From an uncultured Candidatus Rokubacteria bacterium (GTDB taxonomy: Bacteria > Methylomirabilota > Methylomirabilia > Rokubacteriales > CSP1-6), in contig CAWBMV010000006.1 of the NCBI GenBank assembly GCA_963789955.1, forward strand, positions 442,265 to 506,264: 64,000 nt of DNA, in the 5' to 3' direction. The notes beneath the pieces are model-generated. The model ran no database searches, was not told the DNA's origin, and saw nothing but the letters and a program-made list of their open reading frames with translations. The translations under genes were made by a program, and so were the position numbers. Positions 55,672 through 64,000 of this stretch are shown one piece after another. Numbering within the stretch: the stretch's first letter is position 1; the number at the start of each line of letters is the position of its first letter.

Positions 55672-56897
55672 GCGAGGCGGTTCCCCGGCTGCGGATGGTG
55701 GAGTCCTTCCCCGTCGAGCACGAAGGAAGGTCCTGCGTCGCGCTCCGTGATCCCGGCGGCTACACCGAGGCCGTCGTCCTGCTCCACGGCGCCCTGCTCG
55801 AGATCGTGTCCATGTTCGACGGCGAGCACACGATCGCGGACATTCAGGCCGCAGTGATGCGACGTCACGGTCAGCTCGTCGAGCGCCGGCAGATCGAGCA
55901 GATCGCCGAGGCCCTCGACCAGCAGGGCTTTCTCGACAGCCCCGCCTTCGCCGAGCGGCGCGCCGTCATCGACGGCGGGTTCCTCGCCTCGCCGACGCGT
56001 CCTGCCGCCCACGCCGGCGGCGCCTACGCGGCGGATGCGGGAGAGCTACGCGCGATGCTCGACGGATTCTTCACCCCTCCGCACGGGCCGGGGGCGATCG
56101 ACAAGGCGGCGGCGGTGGCCCCCGAGGTGCGGGGGGTGATCGCGCCCCACATCGACTACCATCGGGGCGGTCCCGCGTACGCGTGGGCCTATCGTGAGCT
56201 GGCCGAGCGGAGCCGGGCCGATCTCTTCGTGATCTTCGGCACCTGTCACGCCGGCATGGAGCACCCGTTCGCGCTCACCCGAAAGGATTACGCGAGCCCG
56301 CTGGGCGACCTCGCGGTCGACCGCGACTTCGTCGACGCCCTCGCGACGCGCGCGCGTCAGGACTGCTTCGGCTCGGAGCTGGCCCACCGCGTCGAGCACT
56401 CGATCGAGCTCCAGGCCGTGTTCCTGCGCCATCTCTTCGCCGAGCGGGACGACGTCCGTATCGTGCCGGTGCTGGCCAGCTTCGCCCACGAGGCGATGCA
56501 CCGCGGCCGTCGCCCGGACGACGACCCGCGCGTCCCCAGATTTCTCGAGGCGCTCGCCGAAACGATCGCCGCCAGCGGGCAGCGAGTCGCGATTATCGCC
56601 GGCGCCGATCTGGCCCACGTCGGGCCGCGCTTCGGCGACCCCGAGCCCGTCGGCTCCCCGGAGCTGGCCCTGATCGAGCGCGAGGACACCGTGATGCTCG
56701 AGTCGGTGGCGGCGGGCGATCCGGACGCGTTCTTCGAGTCGGTGGCGAGCGACGGCGACCGGCGCCGCATCTGCGGCTACTCGCCCATCTACGCTCTCCT
56801 GCGTTCGCTCGGCTCCGCCACCGGACACGTGAAACGCTACGGTCAGTGGCCCGATCCCAACGGGGTGGTGTCCTTCGCCAGCGTGGTGTTCGAGTGA
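55668..56897 (+). CDS. MEMO1-family (AmmeMemoRadiSam protein B) protein with an N-terminal extension
   Basis: RPAAHAGGAY, IAPHIDY, EHSIELQ, ADLAHVG.RFGD and ICG. Confidence 0.85.
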   Translation: MSEAVPRLRMVESFPVEHEGRSCVALRDPGGYTEAVVLLHGALLEIVSMFDGEHTIADIQAAVMRRHGQLVERRQIEQIAEALDQQGFLDSPAFAERRAVIDGGFLASPTRPAAHAGGAYAADAGELRAMLDGFFTPPHGPGAIDKAAAVAPEVRGVIAPHIDYHRGGPAYAWAYRELAERSRADLFVIFGTCHAGMEHPFALTRKDYASPLGDLAVDRDFVDALATRARQDCFGSELAHRVEHSIELQAVFLRHLFAERDDVRIVPVLASFAHEAMHRGRRPDDDPRVPRFLEALAETIAASGQRVAIIAGADLAHVGPRFGDPEPVGSPELALIEREDTVMLESVAAGDPDAFFESVASDGDRRRICGYSPIYALLRSLGSATGHVKRYGQWPDPNGVVSFASVVFE

Positions 56898-57388
56898 TGG
56901 CGACCGACGACAGCGCTCGTGTCGACAAGCCCGACGCGCCGTTGCCGTCGGAGTGGCGGCTGCCCCGCCTCCGGGTCGACGTCGACGGCGACTGGCTCGA
57001 CGACGACGTCGCGATCACCCACGCCGGGATCCTCGCCAACCTCCGGTCACTCCTCAAGCGCGACGCTCAGGGTTACTTCATCCAGACCCGCGTACGCATT
57101 CCGGTCGAGGTCGAGGACGTCCCGTTCGTGGTCAGCCGGATCGAGCGCCGCGGCGAGATCCTGCACGCGTTCCTGAACGACGGCACCGAGGCGGACGTCG
57201 ATCCGGCGAGCCTGCGGGTCGGCTCCGACGACGTGCCGTACTGCGCGGTCAAGGGCGGCGCCTTCGAGGCCCGGCTCTCCCGCGCGGCGGCGTTCCAGCT
57301 GCTCGCGATGGCCGACTACGACGAGGCGACCGGACGCGGCGCGCTGCGACTCGGCGGCCGCGAATATCCGTTGCGTCGCAGCGCATGA
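56897..57388 (+). CDS. DUF1285-like protein
   Basis: VD.DGDW..D...ITH, PVEVEDVPFVV and PYC.VK.G.FEARLSR.A. Confidence 0.7.
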   Translation: MATDDSARVDKPDAPLPSEWRLPRLRVDVDGDWLDDDVAITHAGILANLRSLLKRDAQGYFIQTRVRIPVEVEDVPFVVSRIERRGEILHAFLNDGTEADVDPASLRVGSDDVPYCAVKGGAFEARLSRAAAFQLLAMADYDEATGRGALRLGGREYPLRRSA

Positions 57389-57843
57389 CGAAGACCATCG
57401 CCCGGCTCCTGGTCGTCGGGTTGGCCGCGCTCGGCGTGGCCTGGTGGATCGGCGCCGACGCGCAGCCCGTCACCGTCGACGAGATCGGCGACGAGAACCA
57501 GACGGTGCCGCGCGGCCAGCTGCCGCTCTTCGCGGCCAAGGGCGACGGGGCCCGGCTCTACGCGTTCGCCGCCGACCAGGCGGACACGCTGCGCTGGATG
57601 CCGTGCACGTGCGGCTGTGTCAACTTCGGCCACACCTCGAACCGATCCTGCTACGTGAAAGCCGAACCGGCCGGCCGCGTCACCTTCACGAGCCACGCCG
57701 CCACCTGAACCGTGTGCCTGGATATCACGCGTGACGTGATGCGCATGAAGGGCGAGGGCAAACCGCTGACGGCGATCCGCGCCGCCATCGACGAGAAATA
57801 CCTGCGCGTCGGCCCCGCGACACCGACCGCGCGTCCGCACTAG
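57385..57843 (+). CDS. PCYCGC-family exported protein, probable selenoprotein (U108, UTVC motif)
   Basis: Signal/TM N-terminus; MPCTCGC..GH.SN..CY; HAAT-U(TGA 57706)-TVCLDI...GKPLTAIRAAIDEKY...TPT; frame continues to TAG 57841. Confidence 0.82.
57712..57746 (+). promoter_or_regulatory. Candidate bacterial SECIS hairpin
   Basis: Upper stem ATCACG-CGTGA-CGTGAT (57724-57740) starts 15 nt after TGA; lower stem GTGTGC/GCGCAT. Confidence 0.55.
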
Positions 57844-57894
57844 CGCCGGGGATCCCGAGACGAGGCGACTCACGAACAGGAGTATGCTCGGCGC

Positions 57895-59560
57895 ATGAAC
57901 GTCGCCGCCGTCCTCATGGAGATCCTGCGCGCGGCGGGTGTCCGCTATCTGTTCGGCAACCCGGGCACGACCGAGCTGCCCTTCCTCGACGCGCTGCCGG
58001 ATTCCGGTCTCGAGTACGTGCTCGGGCTCCAGGAGGCCACCGCGGTCGCGGCGGCCGACGGCTACGCGCAGGCGTCCGGGCAGGTCGGCGTGGTCAACGT
58101 CCACGTCGCGCCCGGACTCGCGAACAGCCTGTCGATCCTGCACAACGCGGCGCGGTCCAAGACGCCGCTCCTGGTGACCGCCGGGCAGCAGGACACCCGC
58201 TTTCTCATGGACGAGCCGATCCTCGCCGGCGATCTCGTCCGCATGGCCGAGCAGTTCACGAAGTGGTCGTACGAGATCCGGCGGGCCGACGAGGCTCCCG
58301 TCGCGCTGCGGCGCGCGCTGCAAGTCGCGCTGACGCCGCCGACGGGGCCGGTCTTCCTGTCGCTGCCGATGGACCTCATGCGCCCCGCGGTGGAGGACAC
58401 GGGCGCGGGACCGACGCCGATCGCCGCGCGCGGCCGTCCGGATCCCGGAGCCGTCGCGCGAGCCGCGGAGCTCCTCGCGGGTGCCCGGGCGCCGATCGTG
58501 ATCGCGGGCGACGGCGTCGCGCGCTCAGGCGCCGTGGCCGAGCTGACGGCGCTGGCCGAGCTGGTGGGTGCCCGCGTGCACGGCGAGCCCGTGTACCGGC
58601 GCACGAACATCCCGGGCGATCACGCCCTCTGGCGTGGCGGTCTCTTTCCCTCGCCGGGAGCCGTGAGAAAGGCGCTCGAGGAGTGCGACGTGCTCCTGAT
58701 CGCCGGCGCCAACGTGTTCACCTGGTTCCTGCACACCGAGGGCGTGCCGTTCCCGCGTGGGCTGCGCGTGATCCAGATCGACGACGATCCCTGGGAGATC
58801 GGTCGCAGCTATCCGGTTTCGCTCGGCATCGCCGCCGACCCGAAGACGACCCTCGGGGAGCTGGCGAGCGCGCTGCGCGGCCGGATGACGGAGGCCGAGC
58901 ACCAGGCCGCCGCCGCGCGACTGGAGAGGATCGGCAAGGCGCGAGCCGACGTGATGGCGCGCGTCGGGGCCGCCGCTCAGGCCGAGGCCGAGCGGACGCC
59001 GATCGGCCAGGCGCACCTCATGCACACCCTGGCGGGCCTGCTCCCGCGCGACGCCGTCGTCGTCGACGAGTCGGCGACCTCGCTCCCGTTCGTCCTCCGC
59101 TACGTGCCGTTCTCGACCCCGGGCTCGTTCTACGGCGGCAAGACCGGCACCCTCGGATGGGGAATGGGCGCCGCGATCGGCGTGCAGCTCGGCTCGCCGG
59201 GCCGCAAGGTCGTCGCCACGATCGGCGACGGCTCGCTGATGTACGCGCCGCAGGCTCTGTGGACGGCGGCTCACTACCAGCTGCCGATCACCTACGTCGT
59301 CCCGAACAACTCGTCCTACGCGATCCTGAAATCCGGGATGCTCAGCCTCGACCTCGCCGTCGGCCAAGCGTGGAATCTATCCAGGCATGGACCTGGTCGA
59401 ACCCACGATCGACTACGTCGGCCTCGCACGATCGCTCGGGGTCCGGGCCGAGCGCGTCGAGAAGCCCGCAGGCCTGCGCGACGTGCTCGCCTCGTGCCTC
59501 GCCCATCCCGGACCGACGCTCGTGGACGTCGCGATCGACCGCGGCTTCAAGGCGATGTAG
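57895..59560 (+). CDS. ThDP-dependent enzyme, benzoylformate decarboxylase-like, frameshift near 59355
   Basis: FGNPGTTELP, GLQE..V..ADGYA, LGWGMG, GDGS.MY..QALWTAAHY and NN..Y.ILK. Confidence 0.85.
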
Positions 59561-59563
59561 TCA

Positions 59564-61192
59564 ATGAATCCTCGAGTCGCGCGCACCGGCGGCGAGTGGA
59601 TCGTCGACGCGCTCCGCGCCGAGGGCGTGCGGCACGTGTTCGGGATCCCCGGCGTCCACAACCTGGCGATCTACGACGCGCTCATTCGACAGTCGGAGAT
59701 CACGCACGTGCTGGCGCGCCACGAGGCGGGTGCGGCCTTCATGGCCGACGGCTACGCGCGCGCCTCGGGCGCGCCGGGTGTCGTCGTCGTCACCACGGGC
59801 CCGGGAGCGACGAACGCGCTGACACCGCTCGTGGAGTCCTACGCGGGATCGATGCCCGTCGTCGTCGTCATGTCCGACGTCGCCTCGCCGCTGGTCGGCC
59901 GCGACATCGGCGCGCTGCACGAGGTCCCGAATCAGATCGATTGCTTCAAGCCGGTGACGCGATGGGCCGAGGCGGTCACCGAGGCGGCGGCGGTGCCGGC
60001 GACGGTTCACGGAGCGTTCGATCTCCTGCGCACCGGGCGTCCCGGACCGATCGCGATCTCGATCCCGAACGACTTCCTGACCGCCCGCTTCGACGCCGAG
60101 CCCGGTGGCGGCGGGCACGGCCGGCGACCACCGTGTCACGTGGACGCGATCGGCGAGGCCGTCCGGTTGCTGTCGGGAGCGTCCAGGCCGCTTCTGATCG
60201 CCGGCGGCGGCGTGATCGCCGCGGAGGCGCAGGCCGAGCTCGCGCGCCTCGCGCGCCGACTCGGCGCCCCCGTGATCACGACGGTCATGGGCAGGGGAGC
60301 GGTGAGCGAGCGCGATCCGCTGTGGCACGGCGTCCTGCCGAACAGTCGCGCGACCGAGGCGGTCATCAAGACCGCCGACGTGATCCTGGCGGTCGGCTGC
60401 CGCTTCGCGCACCGCTCGACGCAGGGACTGCTCCTGAACCTCTCGTTCGAGCCGTCGCAGACGTTGATCCATCTCGACCTCGATCCGACCGTGATCGGGC
60501 GTCTCTTCAAGGCGCAGCTTCCGATCGTCGGGGACGCCAAGGACGGGCTGACGCGGCTGCTCGAAGGTCTCGGCTCCGGACCGGCGCGTTCCGTCTGGGA
60601 TCATCGCTGGCGCGAGAGTCTCCGGCCCGCGGCGAGCGCGCGCTACACACGCGAGATCGCCCACCTGATCGAGACCTTGCGCGCGGCGCTGCCCGACGAC
60701 GCGATCGTCGTGAACGACCAGACCGGCATCAACTACTGGATGGAGTGGCGCTTCCCCGTGCTGATGCCGCGGACGTTCCTCTATCCCGTGGGCTCGGCCA
60801 CGCTCGGCTATGGCGTGCCCGCCGCGATCGGCGCCAAGATCGCGCGGCCCGATCGGCCTGTCGTGGCGGTCGTGGGCGACGGCGGCTTCATGTATTCGGT
60901 GAACGAGCTGGCGACCGCCGTGAAATACCGCTTGCCCCTCGTGTTCCTCGTCATGAACGACGACCGCTACGGGGCGATCAAGTGGCTCCAGCAGACGATC
61001 TTCGACGGGCGGTGGGGCGAAGCGGATCTGACCAACCCCGATTTCCCGGCACTGGCCCGAGCCTTCGGGGCCCGCGGCGAGCGGGTGGCGGGCGTGGACG
61101 CGCTCGGCGGCGCGCTCGAGACGGCGCTTGCCGCCGACGGGCCGACCGTCCTCGAGCTGAGGATGACGGTCGACCCGCCGTGGGAGATCTGA
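59564..61192 (+). CDS. ThDP-dependent enzyme (acetolactate synthase-like family)
   Basis: [39 protein letters not shown] and GDGGF...EL. Confidence 0.88.
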   Translation: MNPRVARTGGEWIVDALRAEGVRHVFGIPGVHNLAIYDALIRQSEITHVLARHEAGAAFMADGYARASGAPGVVVVTTGPGATNALTPLVESYAGSMPVVVVMSDVASPLVGRDIGALHEVPNQIDCFKPVTRWAEAVTEAAAVPATVHGAFDLLRTGRPGPIAISIPNDFLTARFDAEPGGGGHGRRPPCHVDAIGEAVRLLSGASRPLLIAGGGVIAAEAQAELARLARRLGAPVITTVMGRGAVSERDPLWHGVLPNSRATEAVIKTADVILAVGCRFAHRSTQGLLLNLSFEPSQTLIHLDLDPTVIGRLFKAQLPIVGDAKDGLTRLLEGLGSGPARSVWDHRWRESLRPAASARYTREIAHLIETLRAALPDDAIVVNDQTGINYWMEWRFPVLMPRTFLYPVGSATLGYGVPAAIGAKIARPDRPVVAVVGDGGFMYSVNELATAVKYRLPLVFLVMNDDRYGAIKWLQQTIFDGRWGEADLTNPDFPALARAFGARGERVAGVDALGGALETALAADGPTVLELRMTVDPPWEI

Positions 61193-61211
61193 GCGCGACG
61201 ACTTCTCGCGA

Positions 61212-63491
61212 CTACTTTCCGTGAAACAGGTTCAGCGCCGAGCCCTTCCTGAACCAGTCGAGCTGCGAGGCGGCGAACGAGTGCGCGAGTCGTAACGTCT
61301 CGCTGGTCCCGTCCGCGTGCTTCACGACGCACTCGACCGGCTTGCCCGGCGCCATGTCGCGCGAGGCCGACCAGGCTGATCCGGTCGTCCTCGCGGATCT
61401 TGTCGTAGTCGCCCGGATTCTGGAACGTCAGCGCCAGCAGCCCCTGCTTCTTCAGGTTCGACTCGTGGATGCGCGCGAAGCTGCGCACGATGACGGCGGC
61501 GCCGCCGAGCAGGCGCGGCGAGAGCGCGGCGTGCTCGCGGCTCGAGCCCTCGCCGTAGTTCGCGTCGCCGACGACCACCCACTTGACGCCCTTCGACTTG
61601 TAGTCGCGCGCAATCGCCGAGAAGGACTGCCCGGTCTCGTCCCGTCAGCACGTTCTTGCCCTTGCCGGCCTCGCCCGTGTACGCGTTGGTCGCGCCCATG
61701 AACATGTTGTCGCTGAACTTGTCGAGGTGCCCGCGATAGCGCAGCCAGGAGCCGGCCGGCGAGATGTGGTCGGTCGTGGTCTTGCCCTTGGTCTTCAGCA
61801 GCACGGGCATGTCCTTGAAGTCCTGGCCGTCCCAGGCGGGCCACGGCTCCATCAGCTGCAGGCGCTCGCTCCTGGGATTGACGTTCAGCGTGATCGCGCT
61901 ACCGTCCGCGGGCGGCGTCACGTACGTCGGGCGGCCGCGGTCGAAGTTCCGCGCCGGCACTTCGGGCGCCGTCTTGGGCGGCGACAGCTTGAACGTCTTG
62001 CCGTCGGCGCCCGTGAGGGTGTCGGTGAGCGGGTTGAACGACAGCCGTCCCGGCCAGCGCCAGGGCGGTCACGATCTCCGGGCTGCCGATGAAGTTCATC
62101 GTGGTCGGCTGACCGTCGTTGCGCCGCGGGAAGTTGCGGTTGTACGAGGTCACGATCGTGTTCGGGACCTCGGATGCTTCCTTGGCCCGGCGCCACTGGC
62201 CGATGCACGGTCCGCAGGCGTTGGCCAGGACGACGCCGTTGATGTCCTTCAGTGACTGCATCTGTCCGTCGCGCTCGATCGTCGCGCGCACCTGCTCCGA
62301 GCCGGGCGTGACCAGGAAGGGCACGGCCGTCTTGAGGCCGTGCGCCTTCGCCTGCTCGGCGACGTCGGCCGCGCGGCTCATGTCTTCGTAGGAGGAGTTG
62401 GTGCAGCTCCCGATCAAGGTCGTCGAGATCTTGTCGAGGAACGCGTTCTTCGGGTCGGCGATCTCGGCGGCGAGCTTCCCGATCGGGCGCGCGCGATCGG
62501 GCGAATGCGGCCCGACCATGTACGGCTCCAGCGTGGAGAGGTCGAGCTTCACCACGCGGTCGTAGTACTTCTCCGGGTTGGCCTCCACCTCTTTGTCCGG
62601 CGCCAGGAGCTGCGGGTAGCGCTCGGCGAGCGGCACCAGGTCGCCGCGTCCGGTCGCTCGCAGGTACGTCGCCATCCGGTCGTCGAACGGGAACATCGAC
62701 GTCGTGGCGCCGAGCTCGGCGCCCATGTTGGTGATCGTGGCCTTGCCGGTGGCGCTGATCGTCCGCGCGCCGGGGCCGATGTACTCGACGATCGCGTTCG
62801 TGCCGCCGGCCACGGTCAGCTGGCCCGCGACGTAGAGGATGACGTCCTTGGGCGCCGTCCAGCCGCTCAGCTTGCCGGTCAGGTACACCGCGATGTGGCG
62901 GGGATAGAGGACCTCCCAGGGCAGCCCGGCCATGACCTCGACGGCATCCGCGCCGCCGACGCCGACCGCGCAGGCGCCGAGGCCGCCGGCGTTGGGCGTG
63001 TGCGAGTCGGTGCCGATGATCAGCTCGCCCGGAAACGCGTACTGCTCGAGCACGACCTGGTGGATGATGCCGGCGCCCGGTCCCCAGAATCCCGCGCCGT
63101 ACTTCGCGGCCGCCGACTTGAGGAAGTCGTAGACCTCCTGGTTCTCGGCGAGCGACTCGCGCAGATCGACCTGGCCCTCGACGCGCGCCTGGATGAGGTG
63201 GTCGCAGTGGATCGTCGTCGGCACCGCGACGTGCTGCCGCCGCGTCTGCATGAACTGGAGCATCGCGGTCTGCCCGAGCACGTCCTGCAGCACGACCCGG
63301 TCGGGACGGAGGAACAGATAGCTCTTGCCGGCCTCCATCTCCTGATGCTCGGGATCGTCGAGGTGCCCCAGCAGCACCTTGTCGGCCAGGGTCAGGGGCC
63401 GGCCGAGCCGTCGGCGGACGATCGCGAGATTCCGCTCCATCGTCTCGTACACCTTCGCGGCCATTTCAGCGGTCGATTCGATCGTCACCAT
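61212..63491 (-). CDS. Aconitate hydratase (mitochondrial-like type), several frameshifts
   Basis: [59 protein letters not shown] and [12 protein letters not shown]. Confidence 0.92.
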
Positions 63492-63924
63492 TCCCGATGT
63501 CCTCCGCCCACAGCGTCGGTTGCGCCTGAATGAATTGTGCCATCAGCGCCTGGCACCTCGCATCTTGCAGAACCTCGACGGTCACGCCGCGTGATCGCAG
63601 GAGCTCCTCCTCCCCGAGGAAGGTCCGGTTCTCGCCGACGACGACCCGCGGGATGCCGTAGAGGAGAATCGTGCCGCTGCACATCGCGCAGGGCGACAGT
63701 GTCGTGTAGATCGTGCACTCGCGATAGACCTGTGCCGACCGGCGGCCGGCGTTTTCGAGCGCGTCCATCTCGCCGTGGAGCACGACGCTCCCGCGCTGAA
63801 CGCGCCGATTGTGGCCACGCCCGAGGATCCGACCGCGATGCACGAGGACGGAGCCGATGGGAATCCCGCCCTCGGCCAGGCCTCGCTCCGCCTCCTCGAT
63901 CGCCGCTCCGAAAAACTCGTCCAC
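63466..63924 (-). CDS. Nucleoside/cytosine deaminase (yeast Fcy1-like)
   Basis: [27 protein letters not shown] and WAEDIG. Confidence 0.88.
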   Translation of the reverse strand: MDEFFGAAIEEAERGLAEGGIPIGSVLVHRGRILGRGHNRRVQRGSVVLHGEMDALENAGRRSAQVYRECTIYTTLSPCAMCSGTILLYGIPRVVVGENRTFLGEEELLRSRGVTVEVLQDARCQALMAQFIQAQPTLWAEDIGNGDDRIDR

Positions 63925-64000
63925 GGTTGCGCCCCCGTCCTCGGGCTCCTCGTCCGCGACCAGATTACTCTATCCAGCGGCCCGTGTCGGCCCGCCGTCG

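Noticed and set aside
57895..61224. 1109-aa ThDP enzyme ORF
   Set aside because: A frameshift near 59355 runs into an off-frame reading of the next gene

Overview
High-GC bacterial chromosomal segment, almost fully coding and mostly housekeeping or central metabolism. The gene set and intergenic GC-rich palindromes suggest a Rokubacteria/Methylomirabilota-like soil lineage; this is an inference, not verified. Gene order: 3' part of an alternative complex III operon (actCDEF), moeA, cpoB-like, dprA-topA-xerC-hslVU, argBDFG, comB-pgsA-plsY-gpsA-galT, tRNA-Gly/Cys/Leu with an inserted CDS and a downstream LAGLIDADG-like ORF, lgt, rtcB, radical SAM, moaA, Cld/ChdC-family, CMD, methyltransferase, DASS transporter, gltBD with a divergent LysR, CBS protein, korAB, glcDEF-cupin-lutABC-DUF2203-HAD, trxB-glutaredoxin-FTRc, nadX, TIGR02757-like, rmuC, GroES-like, M20, MEMO1-like, DUF1285-like, PCYCGC protein, two ThDP enzymes, aconitase and a nucleoside deaminase. 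Many genes carry single-base frameshifts that look like long-read consensus errors. Main finds not resolved by the ORF track: (1) two probable selenoproteins with in-frame UGA at UxxC motifs and downstream hairpins, a glutaredoxin/NrdH-like protein between trxB and a ferredoxin:thioredoxin reductase subunit, and a PCYCGC-family protein; (2) a 74-bp dispersed element in four copies, always at operon gene junctions, always open in the same peptide frame and linked to neighbours by stop/start overlaps; (3) a tRNA-Leu-abutting LAGLIDADG-like ORF; (4) a MITE-like 138-bp inverted repeat; (5) a divergent orphan GroES-like protein; (6) a recurring leaderless promoter architecture.
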